Shown: positions 25,499 through 41,503, numbered from the stretch's first letter. The stretch: DNA of 64,000 nucleotides from Eledone cirrhosa (GCA_964016885.1 OZ024765.1:3038001-3102000), one strand, 5' to 3'. Numbers and translations: made by a program. The notes: generated by a model not told the origin, from the sequence alone.

Positions 25499-26812
25499 GT
25501 TAACCCTTTAGCATTTACATTACTCTATATATACTATTGTATTTTCACAGTAAAGGCTTTACCTCACATAATATCTCACATAACATTTACATTACTCTAT
25601 ATATACTATTGTATTTTCACAGTAGAGGCTTTACCTCACATAATATCTCACATAACATTTACATTACTCTATATATACTATTGTATTTTCACAGTAAAGG
25701 CTTTACCTCACATAATATCTCACATAACATTTACATTACTCTATATATACTATTGTATTTTCACAGTAGAGGCTTTACCTCACATAATATCTCACATAAC
25801 ATTTACATTACTCTATATATACTATTGTATTGTCACAGTAAAGGCTTTACCTCACATAATATCTCACATAACATTTACATTACTCTATATATACTATTGT
25901 ATTGTCACAGTAAAGGCTTTACCTCACATAATATCTCACATAACATTTACATTACTCTATATATACTATTGTATTTTCACAGTAAAGGCTTTACCTCACA
26001 TAATATCTCACATAACATTTACATTACTCTATATATACTATTGTATTTTCACAGTAGAGGCTTTACCTCACATAATATCTCACATAACATTTACATTACT
26101 CTATATATACTATTGTATTTTCACAGTAAAGGCTTTACCTCACATAATATCTCACATAACATTTACATTACTCTATATATACTATTGTATTTTCACAGTA
26201 GAGGCTTTACCTCACATAATATCTCACATAACATTTACATTACTCTATATATACTATTGTATTGTCACAGTAAAGGCTTTACCTCACATAATATCTCACA
26301 TAACATTTACATTACTCTATATATACTATTGTATTGTCACAGTAAAGGCTTTACCTCACATAATATCTCACATAACATTTACATTACTCTATATATACTA
26401 TTGTATTTTCACAGTAAAGGCTTTACCTCACATAATATCTCACATAACATTTACATTACTCTATATATACTATTGTATTTTCACAGTAGAGGCTTTACCT
26501 CACATAATATCTCACATAACATTTACATTACTCTATATATACTATTGTATTTTCACAGTAAAGGCTTTACCTCACATAATATCTCACATAACATTTACAT
26601 TACTCTATATATACTATTGTATTTTCACAGTAAAGGCTTTACCTCACATAATATCTCACATACCATTTACATTACTCTATATATACTATTGTATTTTCAC
26701 AGTAAAGGCTTTACCTCACATAATATTGAATTTATGAGATTTTGATATTATTTATATTGAAAACAATACCCTAACTTTGGTATGAGCGGCTGGTTTAAAT
26801 GCTAAAGAGTTA
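25499..26812 (+). mobile_element. piggyBac-like MITE with ~17 internal 72-bp repeats
   Basis: Starts ttaa-ccctttagcattta, ends taaatgctaaagag-ttag (TIRs with a TTAA-like target); relatives at 31317-31881 and 53100-53605. Confidence 0.7.
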
Positions 26813-27166
26813 GTGTTTATATTTATCTAAAAATCTTCCACCATAATTTTATGTAAGAACCTTTGTTAAGTTATGTTCCAAACACCAGTTTAATAAGACA
26901 GTGTCTTTCATTAGAAATATGGTAATGAAAGGGTTAAAGTGTTTATATTTATTTATAAAACCTTCCTCAATAATTTCATGTAAGAACCTTTGTTAAGTTA
27001 TGTTCCAAACACCAACTTAATAACGAGAAATTTCGATATATTACAAAATCCCTCCAAAATTCTCGATAATTTTCAAAATCATTTGAAACCCATAAACAGA
27101 ATTGTTCGTTAGCAATACCGTAATTATCCTAATTAATTAACCTTTCGTTATGTTCTTCTGTTGCAG

Positions 27167-27222
27167 CTGATGATGATGAACTATCATTCCAACCTGAGGA
27201 TACTATTATTGCTGTTGATAGG
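27167..27222 (+). CDS. CTTN: Cortactin exon (SH3 middle)
   Basis: ttgcag|CT...AGG|gtacgg; [19 protein letters not shown]; phase 1-0. Confidence 0.92.
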
Positions 27223-27474
27223 GTACGGAGTTTGGTTTTTAAGGGGTTTAAATTGGGTGGAGGGGTGCAAATGAGATATTCTGGCCCCAAATCTCTCTAT
27301 TGTTTTTTTTTCTTTGATTTTTTTTTACTCTGTCTTTGGCTCTCCCTCTCCCTTTCTCTCTCCCTCTCTCTCCCCCTCTCTCTCTCTCTCTCTCTCCTCT
27401 TTCTCTCTCTCTCTCCCTCTCTTCCCCCACCTCTCTACAGTGAGGGCAGGGTGCTTTTTGTCATGACACCTACA

Positions 27475-29980
<2,506 letters not shown>

Positions 29981-29981
29981 T

Positions 29982-30318
29982 GGAGGCACATGGCTTAGTG
30001 GTTAGAGCATTGGCCTTGCAATCGAAAGGTTGTGAGTTCAATTCTCAGACCGGGTGATGTGTTGTTTCCTTGAGCAAGACACTTTATTTCACATTGCTCC
30101 AGTTTACTCAGCTGTAGAAATGAGATTATAGGGACTGGGGTCCCTATCATTCCACTGCAAAGTGGTCGTGGAGGTGCCACGGCAAAAAAGCACCCAGCAC
30201 TCACTGTAAGTGAGGTTGGTGTTAGGAAGGGCATCCAGCTGTAGAAATCAAGCCAGAACCAGTTCCCGTCCCACCCTTGCAAGTAGGGAAAAAGCGGACG
30301 TAAAATGATGATGATGAT
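29982..30318 (+). mobile_element. Full-length SINE family B
   Basis: Nearly identical to 18287-18630; tRNA-like head, RTE-type tail, (atg)n. Confidence 0.88.
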
Positions 30319-30368
30319 ATATGCACACATGTATAATGTATAAGATGTATATTTTGTCTATATTTCAG

Positions 30369-30452
30369 ATTGACGAAGGCTGGTGGAAGGGTGAGTGTCA
30401 TGGCAAGATTGGACTATTTCCTGCAAATTATGTAGCATTAATTCCACAGTAA
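30369..30452 (+). CDS. CTTN: Cortactin last coding exon (SH3 end, stop)
   Basis: tttcag|ATT; [27 protein letters not shown] with the SH3 WW and GLFPANYV motifs; TAA at 30450-30452. Confidence 0.96.
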   Translation: MDEGWWKGECHGKIGLFPANYVALIPQ

Positions 30453-30603
30453 CTACAACAACAACAACAACAACAATTATTATTAGTGCTACTACAATAA
30501 CAGCTTCTGTATACATATACTTAGACATTATATATATACACACACATATATGTGTGTGTATGTCTGTGTATATGTAGACACATATGCACACTTAAATATA
30601 CAT

Positions 30604-30650
<47 letters not shown>

Positions 30651-31316
30651 GTGTATATGTCTATATATCTAGACACACACACATATGCTTACATATATAT
30701 ACGCACATGCATGTGTATATATATATATATACACACACATATATATATACACATGTATATATATATGTATATATACATATATGTATATACACACACACAC
30801 ACACACAGTATACATACATGTACACAACATACTCCTTATTGTAACAGTCATATATACTTTTATCCTTAAAAATATGGCCCCTTTTCAAATTATACCACTA
30901 AATAATTTCATGTTGACACACACACACACACACACTCACACATACAGATAGTCTGATACATAAAAGTTCTCACATACAGACATGCACACACACACACTCA
31001 CATATATACACACACACACATACTCCGTCACACGCAAATAGAGAGAAACACACGCAGAAGATTGGTTTCGTTCGTTCGTTTGTGTTAGTTTGTTTTTTTT
31101 TCTAATTAAATACTAAAAAGTAATTATCTAAAGCTGAGTTAATTACTAAATTAATAACTGCTGTTGTGTCTGTTCCTACGAGATATATTTTTTTACTTCG
31201 ATTTACGCAAAAAAAATTTTTACGAAAAATTTCAGCAAAATTAAAAAAAAAAAAAATCAAATGAAAAAAAACAACAAAAACAACAACACATTATTACAAA
31301 AAAAAAATGAAATCCT

Positions 31317-31881
31317 TAACCCTTTAGCATTTACACTAGTATGTATATACTATTGTATATACATGGTAAAGGCTTTATCTCACATAATTATCTCATAATT
31401 ATCTCATAATATCGAATCTATGAGATTTTGATATTATTTGATTTGAGAACAATACTTTAACATCAGTATGAGCAGCCAGTTATGACTGGTTTGAGTAGAA
31501 AGAGGTGAGAGAATTCTGGCTGGATAACCCTTTATCATTTACATTACTCTATATATACTATTGTATTATCACGGTAAAGGCTTTACCTCACATAATATCT
31601 CACATGATATCTCACATGATATCTCACATGATATCTCACATCATATCTCACATCATATCTCACATGATATCTCACATGATATCTCACATGATATCTCACA
31701 TCATATCTGACATGATATCTCACATGATATCTCACATGATATCAAATCTATGATATTTTGATGTGATATTTTGAGAACAATACCTTAACATCAGTATGAG
31801 CAGCCAGTCATATCTGGTTTAAACAGAAAGAGATGAGAGAATTGTGACTGGATATGGCCGGTTTAAATGCTGGAGGGTTAA
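31317..31881 (+). mobile_element. piggyBac-like MITE (partly duplicated) with 12-bp atatctcacatg repeats
   Basis: ttaaccctttagcattta ... tttaaatgctggagggttaa. Confidence 0.7.
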
Positions 31882-32584
31882 CGTCCCCTCCCCGCAAACC
31901 TCAACTCTGATTTAAATATATTTGCATGATTTTCAAAAAAATTTTCAATTTAGTCTTTTATTTTAAAATTCGTTTTTTTTTTATATTTGTCAAATCAGAT
32001 TATTTTCTGCGCATCTATTATTATTATTCTTATTAGTTTCTACTTTTTGGCACAAGGCCAGCAATTATCCCAGAGTACCAGTAATACACTGGGATAATTG
32101 CTGGCCTTGTGCCAAAAGTAGAAACAATTATTATTATTATGGTTTTTCTGATTTAGACTCAAGGCCAACAATTTTTTGGTCAGGAGAGAGAGGAAAGTCA
32201 ATTAAATCAACCCCAGTGCATTACTGTTAAAATAAAGTACCAGTAATGCACTGGGGTTGACTTAGTCAACTTTCGCCTCCTCCCCCCAAATTTTTTGGCC
32301 TTGTGCCTAAATCAGATTTCTTTATTGGCCACAAGGCCCTCCATATAGGGGACAATACAAAGACAGAGACAGTGTGGGTTTGTTATATGTAAAACCCTCA
32401 CAGTCCCTGTCTATTGTATTGTCCCCTATATGTTGGCCCTTGTGGCCAATAAGGAAATTATTATTATTATTACTACTAAATAATTGTTTGATGTTAAAGA
32501 TTCCTAATACTGGGTCTCAGTAAAATAGACTGCTACCATACTGGAGCAACACACTCCTTTACAAGTTAAAGGCGTTTATATATA

Positions 32585-32854
32585 CAAGGTGAGTCAAAAT
32601 TATGTTAACACTGTTCTGGTTATGGGGCATGGTAAAGGAGCGCGTGTATAGCAAAAACGTTAGAGACATCGATGAACTCAAGGACAGAATACAAGGTGTC
32701 ATATCAAGTATTCCCCCGAAATGTGTGTCAAGGCACCAGTTGATCCCCGGTTTTTGTGTATTGATCATGCTGGTGACCAGGTTGAGACTGTTCAGTAAAT
32801 TCTAAATAAATGATTTCTCCCATACTAATGTTAACATGATTTTGACTCACCCTG
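32585..32854 (+). mobile_element. Internally deleted Tc1/mariner-superfamily transposon
   Basis: TIRs caaggtgagtcaaaattatgttaaca / tgttaacatgattttgactcaccctg, TA flanks; remnant FWLWGMVKERVYSKNVRDIDELKDRI matches the DDD transposase C-terminal 'LWGxxKxxVY...ELKxRI' motif. Confidence 0.85.
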
Positions 32855-32880
<26 letters not shown>

Positions 32881-32888
<8 letters not shown>

Positions 32889-33340
32889 AAATTGAGGTTG
32901 GTAATGGCACATGGAATATATAAGAGACAGAATACTTTTTTGTGAAAAAACATAATTTTATAAGGTAAGGAAATAATAAAGGGTATAAAAAATGACCGGT
33001 TTCGATGGGTCTGCAAAAGCCATCTTTTCAAATGTTGATTAATATTAAGAAAAATTAATAATACAAAGAGTTAAAATTTGAGACTTGAAAATTCAAGTAT
33101 ACTTGAATTTTCAAGTTTACTTGAATTTTCAAGTCTCAAATTTTAACTCTTCGTATTATTAATTAATTTTTCTTAATATTAATCAACATTTGAAAAGATG
33201 GCTTTTGCAGACCCATCGAAACCGGTCATTTTTTATACCCTTTATTATTTCCTTACCTTATAAAATTATGGTTTTTCACAAAAAAGTATTCTGTCTCTTA
33301 TATATTCCATGTGCCATTACCAACCTCAATTTTATATATA
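32881..33340. mobile_element. Palindromic element, ~220-bp arms, degenerate hammerhead core
   Basis: Arms are near-perfect reverse complements; ttgaaaa-GATGG..CCATC-GAAAC-CG-GTC at 33190-33227. Confidence 0.65.
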
Positions 33341-33368
33341 ACCTTCGCTTTGTGTAGAAAATTACACT

Positions 33369-33405
<37 letters not shown>

Positions 33406-34068
33406 TTTTTTACTCTAAAACCTGTTCCAGCTGACTGGCTAAGACCATGCTGGTGCACCACCATTGGTGCTACACTTTCTATAACCAGCCTTCCTTAGTT
33501 GGCCATTGATGTAAAAGGGAGTTTGTTGCTGCGATCCTTATTTGAGCTTCACCTCATGTTGTGGTATTACAGGAAAAAGGTTTTTAGAGGGACATTTTCA
33601 AAACACTTCAACTGGTTCAATACGGTTCTTATTTTTTATTGCAAATATATATATTTGCATATCTATCCTACCCACCCTAATTTCTTACATAGGCTCAAGG
33701 CCAGCCACAAATTTTGGCAAAGTGGTAACAGGTAAAGAAATATGATAATAATATCACCAACCACCCATCCACTTCACCTCACCATCATCTCAATATGTTA
33801 CTGGTACCTTATTTTAGCAATACTACCCCTCACCCCTGTCCCTGTATCTAGTATGGATGAAAAAAGACAAAGTTGACCTCAGCAGGATTTGAAATGAAGA
33901 CATAGAAGCATGAAACTTAGTCTCGCAAGGTAATTCTTGTTTGTTGCTCTGAATATTCTGCCTATATACCACCTGGTTGTGAAAGAAATATATATATATA
34001 TATAATATTAATATATAACCCATGCTAGCGTGGAAGATAGACGTTAAACGATGATGATGATGGGAACA

Positions 34069-34467
34069 AAGAATCAATGTTGTATCATATACATATTTTA
34101 ATTACATATTACATATTACGAAGGACTGTGACGAATGGAGAGATGCTGTGCTGAATAGGACCCGTCCCACCCTTACAAGCAGGGAAAAGCGGACGTAAAA
34201 TGATGATGATGATGATGATGATTACATATGTTTCACTGTCGATCAGCTCAAGGAACAATCTATTGATTATCGAACCTGACTCTGAAATCGGAAGCTCCTC
34301 AGATATGTTTTAATATGTAGGCTTGGATCTACATTGTTAAAACATATCTCAGGAGCTTCTGATTCCAGAGTCAGGTTCGATAATTATTTGATCGTTCCCC
34401 GAGCTGATCGACAGGGAAACATATGTAATATGTTATTAAATATGTAGATAATGCAACACTGATTCTT
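34069..34467. mobile_element. Foldback MITE interrupted by a 5'-truncated RTE 3' end (~34120-34221)
   Basis: Imperfect long inverted arms aagaatcaatgttg.../...gcaacactgattctt; the insert matches the reverse complement of 61810-61905 and is flanked by repeated attacatat. Confidence 0.75.
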
Positions 34468-34570
34468 GGTTCCCTTATTTAGTATTATTCATACTCCCCC
34501 CCCCCCCCCCTCCGAGCATTGGGTGCTCATATCGGCACACCGCCTACGGATACAATTAACTTGCACCTTT

Positions 34571-34614
<44 letters not shown>

Positions 34615-35149
34615 TGTATACAACATCTTTTTACATATATATGTGTATGTATGTACTCATATATATATACACACACATATACACACTCCATCCTGCTGTC
34701 AAGTTCTGCTGACTATAGAACTCATAACTCAGAGTTCATTAACTCCTCGTTATGTTCTTCATAGTTAATTAGTCTTAATTAGTCCTAATTAATCTCTCGT
34801 TTCTATATTTTCTCTTTGAAATTTTTTCGTTTAATTTTGTTTCGTTTTATTTCGAAATTCTTTTTTTCTGGACCCTTTTTGACCCCTTTTTTCACCTCCC
34901 CAGAATTGGCAGAGTTGTTATAGTCTTGGATTTAGATGCCTAACCATTTGTTTTGGGGTCCCTACCTTCTGAGTTCAAATTCCACTGAGGCTGGTTTTTG
35001 TTCTTCATCCTTTCGGGAAAAGAGGGTTGATAAATGAAGTACCAGTGTAGTAGATGTAGTGGACTGGTGAAATTATTAAAGAGTTGGATAGAATTCATTG
35101 CAGTGTCTCATCTGGTTCTGTTGCATTCTTAATTTATATTCCAGCTACT

Positions 35150-36465
35150 TCTTCCAGGAGTTGTGACTGACAGATAGTATCAGTAATAGAAAGACCAATG
35201 GAAACATTGTTTCCTTGGTCTGATCTGATGATCAGCTCCTTTCTTCTGCCAGGAGTTGTGACTGACAGATAGTATCAGTAATAGAAAGACCAATGGAGAC
35301 ATTGTTTCCTTGGTCTGATCTGATGATCAGCTCCTTTCTTCTGCCAGGAGTTGTGACTGACATATAGTATCAGTAATAGAAAGACCAATGGAAACATTGT
35401 TTCCTTGGTCTGATCTGATGATCAGCTCCTTTCTTCTGCCAGGAGTTGTAACTGACAGATAGTATCAGTAATGGAAAGACCAATGGAGACATTGTTTCCT
35501 TGGTCTGATCTGATGATCAGTTCCTTTCTTCTGCCAGGAGTTGTAACTGACAGATAGTATCAGTAATGGAAAGACCAATGGAAACATTGTTTCCTTGGTC
35601 TGATCTGATGATCAGCTCCTTTCTTCTGCCAGGAGTTGTAACTGACAGATAGTATCAGTAATGGAAAGACCAATGGAGACATTGTTTCCTTGGTCTGATC
35701 TGATGATCAGCTCCTTTCTTCTGCCAGGAGTTGTAACTGACAGATAGTATCAGTAATGGAAAGACCAATGGAAACATTGTTTCCTTGGTCTGATCTGATG
35801 ATCAGCTCCTTTCTTCTGCCAGGAGTTGTAACTGACAGATAGTATCAGTAATGGAAAGACCAATGGAGACATTGTTTCCTTGGTCTGATCTGATGATCAG
35901 CTCCTTTCTTCTGCCAGGAGTTGTAACTGACAGATAGTATCAGTAATGGAAAGACCAATGGAAACATTGTTTCCTTGGTCTGATCTGATGATCAGCTCCT
36001 TTCTTCTGCCAGGAGTTGTGACTGACAGATAGTATCAGTAATAGAAAGACCAATGGAGACATTGTTTCCTTGGTCTGATCTGATGATCAGCTCCTTTCTT
36101 CTGCCAGGAGTTGTGACTGACAGATAGTATCAGTAATAGAAAGACCAATGGAGACATTGTTTCCTTGGTCTGATCTGATGATCAGCTCCTTTCTTCTGCC
36201 AGGAGTTGTGACTGACAGATAGTATCAGTAATAGAAAGACCAATGGAGACATTGTTTCCTTGGTCTGATCTGATGATCAGCTCCTTTCTTCTGCCAGGAG
36301 TTGTAACTGACAGATAGTATCAGTAATGGAAAGACCAATGGAGACATTGTTTCCTTGGTCTGATCTGATGATCAGCTCCTTTCTTCTGACAGGAGTTGTG
36401 ACTGACAGATAGTATCAGTAATGGAAAGACCAATGGAAACATTGTTTCCTTGGTCTGATCTGATA
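35150..36465. repeat. 95-bp minisatellite, ~13 copies
   Basis: Unit ccaggagttgtgactgacagatagtatcagtaatagaaagaccaatggaaacattgtttccttggtctgatctgatgatcagctcctttcttctg. Confidence 0.95.
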
Positions 36466-36907
36466 AGTTCCTTTCTTAGTATCATTTTCCTCCAGAATGT
36501 ATTAACTGATGAAAAACCCTTTTATTTAAATATATTTCAAATTTTGTAAATTTAAATGAAAAAATTTGTGACCGAAGCAAAACTAACACAGAATTCCTCC
36601 AAATTTCTGTTTATTGTTTTTTCTTTTTTTTTTCTTGTCATTATGTCAATTGATGGAAATGCTTAGTTTTATGAATTTAGATGAAAAATGATTTGTGGCT
36701 GACCGAAAAACCACAACTAAACCACTTTGGGTTTTTTTGTTTTTATATATATTTCTATTTTTATTATTTACATTTATTTTATTTTATATTTTTTTATTTT
36801 TTTCATTATATGTTTGTTTGATATGTTTGGCATGTATTTGCCAAAAGAAAATGAATCGCACACACACACACACACACACACACATGTGTGTAATTTGATT
36901 TTTTTCT

Positions 36908-36944
<37 letters not shown>

Positions 36945-37164
36945 GAAAAAGGGATGCACAAGTGCTACCCTCCCCCTTCTTTTTCCCCTCCCCATAAGTA
37001 AAAATAATAATAATAGTAATAAAAGGAAATGGCCTACTCTCTTCATTGTATTAGTCATAGTGGTGGTTGTGATAGTAGTAGTAGGGGTGAGGTGGTGGTT
37101 GTGATAGTAGTAGTGGTGTAGAAGAGTCTCTTTCGGTTTTGGTTTAGCCAAAGTCAATATTGGG

Positions 37165-37435
37165 AAGGCACGTGGCCCAGTGGTAAGGGTGTTGGACTTA
37201 CGATCATAATGTCGTGAGTTCGATTCCTGGGCTGTGTTGTGTTCTTGAGCAAAACACTCCATTTCACGTTGCTCCAGTATACTCAGCTGAAAATTAGTAC
37301 CAGTAATAGCTGGGGGTTTAACCCTGTGATGGACTGGTCTCCTTTCCAGGGATGTAGTTTTGTTTTCTCCGTTGCTTCACGCCACAGGCACTGGGATAAG
37401 TACCGGCCTAGGGAGCTTCTGGGTTTGAGACAGAC
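37165..37435 (+). mobile_element. tRNA-derived SINE (CORE/V-like central domain)
   Basis: ggcccagtggtaaggg...gagttcgattcc...cttgagcaaaacact...ccctgtgatggactgg. Confidence 0.7.
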
Positions 37436-37748
37436 TTTAGAAAGTCAATGTTAGTTGGAGGAGATATTCAGTTAAAAAAAACAGTCAACTATTAAAAAAA
37501 AATGAAATCATTCCATTTCCATTAATTCCCCTCACCTCACCCATTCTACCCCATTGTCTTGGGCCATTGTGGCCAGTAAAATATATTGAGTTCAAATCCC
37601 ACCGAGGTTAACTTTGCCTTTCATCCTTACGGGGGTTGATGATATAAAGTACCAGTAATACACTGGAGTTATTGCTGGCCTTGTGCCAAAAGTAGAAACA
37701 ATTATTATTTTCTTGGTGTCTCAGTCATTGATGTTATAACTGGAAAGT

Positions 37749-38106
37749 TTATTCAAATGAACACGAAGCCCTTACCTGCAGCCTCGGATATTCAGGACGT
37801 TTCAGAGGGCTCTTGCTGTTCCCAGCAAGCATGCCTTTTGAAGTGTTCCAAAAATAGGGGGCTGGACTAATGTTCTTTAACCATCCTTGATAACTCTTCG
37901 AGATAGTACCTAGTGCTCCTATGCCAATTGGGACGACCTTCATCTCCAGCTGCTACCTGCAGCCTCAGATATTCAGGACGTTTCAGAGGGTTCTTGTTGT
38001 TCCCAGCAAGCATGCCTTTTGAAGCCTTTCAAAGAAAAAGGGGGCTGGACTAATGTTCTTTAACCATCCTTGAAACCTCTTCAAGATAGTACCTAGTGTT
38101 CCTATG
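37749..38106 (-). mobile_element. Two tandem 3' ends of an R4/Dong-like RLE non-LTR retrotransposon
   Basis: VVPIGIGALGTISK...(frameshift)LQKACLLGTAR is typical of the R4/Dong C-terminus. Confidence 0.7.
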
Positions 38107-39444
38107 GGATTATTGTCAGTAGAGGGTCGGACGCCATACTTTCCAGCATAGTTACGTCCCTTTACGATCTGAGTTCAAATCCCGCCGAGGTTGACTTTGC
38201 CTTTCATCCTTACAGGGTCGATAAAATAAAGTACCAGTAATGCACTGGGTAATTTGCTGGCCTTGTGCCTAAAGTAGAAACAATTATATTAACCTTGTGG
38301 TTAATAAAGAAAGTATTATTATTATTATTATTGCCAGTAATATACTGGGGTTAAATTGTTGGCCTTGTGCCTAAATTAGAAACTGTTATTATATAAGGAC
38401 GGTAGAATCGGTAGAACGTCGGACAATGTGCTTCACGGCATATAGTTGTATCCTTTTATATTCCGAGTTCAAATCCCCGTCAATAAAGTACCAGTAATGC
38501 TCTAGGGTTGATTTAATCGACTTTCTCCTTCTTTTCAAAATTGTTGGCCTTGTGCCCAAATTAGTAACATCATCATCATTATTATTATTATTTGTAATAT
38601 TATTATTATTATTATAGTAGAAATAATTATTTTATTTTATTATTATATGAAAAAAAACCAATGTTGTCTCTGAGACGAAGGAGAGTGTGTTTGAATTCAT
38701 ATAAAAGGGAGAAAACTCATCGCTAGAGCCGCCGTTAAAACAGCTAAATGTTGTCAAAGACAGCAACGGGCAAAAAATGCCCCCTTATAAGAGAGTGGAG
38801 GATAAGCAGTAATTAGTAGAGTGTCGGACAACATGCTTTGCAGCATAGAGTTATAGCCCTTTATGTTCTGAGTTCAAAATCCCACGGAGGTTAACTTTGC
38901 CTTTCATCCTTGCAGGGTTGATAAAATAAAGTACCAGTAATACACTGGGGTCGATTTAATTGACTGTCCCCTCCCCCCAAAATTGCTGGCCTTGTGCCTA
39001 AATCAGAAGCCACTATCATCATCATTATTTTTTTTCGAGTGTGTTGAAATAAAATTTCAAAAGGTAAGCAAAAATGTTTAATAAATTTCTTTAATTTTTT
39101 TTTTCAAATTCATTTAAATTTCATTTTGAAATCTAATTATGATTATCAATCTATAAATTAAATTGTAATTATTGATCTATGAATCTATTAACAACTGTCA
39201 TAATAATAAAAATTTAGAACAAAGTTACCCCCCCTTGTCTTGTTCAGCTGTTTTCATGTATACGTGAGTGTTCACACACACTGACACACTCACACAAAAG
39301 CACTCACAAACTATGCATACATAGGCTGACCAAGATACTCTCATGGAATGACCAAATGAGATTTATTTTTCAACATAGTCCCTGGAAAGAAACAATGCAG
39401 TTATTTATAAGAGTTGAAATTTTTGCATGCAAGATTTCACAGCT

Positions 39445-40490
39445 CTAGCATTGTTTCCTTGGTCCAATTTGAAAGTTGCTTTCTCTACCAGCAGTTGCAA
39501 CTGATAGATAGTATCAGCAATAGAAAGACCAATAGAAACATTGTTTCCTTGGTCTGATCTGATGATCAGCTCCTTTATTCTGCCAGGAGTTGTAACTGAC
39601 AGATAGTATCAGCAATAGAAAGACCAATAGAAACATTGTTTCCTTGGTCTGATCTGATGATCAGCTCCTTTCTTCTGCCAGGAGTTGTGACTGACAGATA
39701 GTATCAGCAATAGAAAGACCAATAGAAACATTGTTTCCTTGGTCTGATCTGATGATCAGCTCCTTTCTTCTGCCAGGAGTTGTGACTGACAGATAGTATC
39801 AGCAATAGAAAGACCAATAGAAACATTGTTTCCTTGGTCTGATCTGATGATCAGCTCCTTTCTTTTGCCAGGTGTTATGACTGACAGATAGTATCAGTAA
39901 TAGAAAGACCAATGGACATTGTTTCCTTGGTCTGATCTGATGATCAGCTCCTTTCTTCTGTCAGGAGTTGTAACTGACAGATAGTATCAGTAATAGAAAG
40001 ACCAATGGACACATTGTCTCCTTGGTCTGATCTGATGATCAGCTCCTTTCTTCTGCCAGGAGTTGTGACTGACAGATAGTATCAGCAATAGAAAGACCAA
40101 TAGAAACATTGTTTCCTTGGTCTGATCTGATGATCAGCTCCTTTCTTCTGTCAGGAGTTGTAACTGACAGATAGTATCAGTAATAGAAAGACCAATGGAC
40201 ACATTGTCTCCTTGGTCTGATCTGATGATCAGCTCCTTTCTTCTGCCAGGTGTTGTAACTGACAGATAGTATCAGTAATAGAAAGACCAATGGAAACATT
40301 GTTTCCTTGGTTTGATCTGATGATCAGCTCCTTTCTTCTGCCAGGTGTTGTAACTGACAGATAGTATCAGTAATGGAAAGACCAATGGAAACATTGTTTC
40401 CTTGGTCTGATCTGATGATCAGCTCCTTTCTACTGCCAGGAGTTGTAACTGACAGATAGTATCAGAAATGGAAAGACCAATGGAAACATT
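39445..40490. repeat. Second array of the 95-bp minisatellite, ~10 copies
   Basis: Same unit as 35150-36465. Confidence 0.95.
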
Positions 40491-41444
40491 CGATCGATTT
40501 TCATCAAATCGGACCGAGGAAACAATGTTTCTTTTTGCCTTTCCAATTGCTAATCCTATCTATCGGCCGCAACTCCAGGTAGAAGGAACAACGTGAAATA
40601 AAGTGTCTTGCTCAAGGACATAACGCATTGCCCGGTACGTGAATCGAACTCACAGCCTCTTATTCACACACACACACACACAGTATGTATGTATATACTA
40701 TTAAGTTCAATGCTACAACGAAGACAAAAGAGAAACGCAAGGAAACGCGTTTCGTGGAGAAAATTCAACTTGAAATATTTCAACGAAAATGATAACTTAC
40801 TGAGAACTAATTTACTATATCGAGGGAGGTAACTCTACGAAGGGAGAGAACTCTGATATATGATTGCTAAAATATAAATATTAAGATATATAATAGTTCA
40901 AGTCGGCTATCCCCTCAAAAGGTACTGTGAAGCCCGAGGACAACGATAAAAAATACCCAGGTAAGTTTTTAAGGATCTCTTCGTGGTGGAAAGATTTTTT
41001 TTTAGAATAAACCGCCTTTAATTTGTGAGGATTAGTATTTAATACCGAAGTAGAGTTTAAATATTCTTTTATTATGGTTAAGTTGTGAGCCTTCTACTGC
41101 GGAAACTCACGTGTGCTCAAAGGATTATTAAACTATATATATATATATATATTATTCCCAGTAAAATACGTTGGTTGATCAATTAATCGATCGATTGTAG
41201 TGTAAACAGACGTAAACACTCCACGACGTGTCAATATTATAAAGAAGAGAGACGGTTTTATGTATACATAAAACCGCCTCTTTCCATTATAATATATATA
41301 TTTAAAAAAAAGCTAAGTATTCCATCTATATATAATATATTGAAACGTCTGTAGAGATGTATAAATAAATAATATACTATCCTTGGCTTTCTTAAAATTT
41401 GAACTATATATATATATGTTCATACATGGAACAAAAGCACACAC

Positions 41445-41475
<31 letters not shown>

Positions 41476-41503
41476 TTTTATTTTTTTTTTTTTTATTTTT
41501 TTA

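Noticed and set aside
25537-26745. 402-aa ORF with a 24-aa periodic sequence (also 23560-24126 and 1414-2066)
   Set aside because: Minisatellite units with lengths divisible by 3; intronic, with no coding signals.
35150-40490. Possible tandem hammerhead in the 95-bp unit (CTGATGA ... GAAA-gaccaa/ttggtc)
   Set aside because: The would-be cleavage site is UG rather than UH, and stem II does not close between CTGATGA and GAAA.
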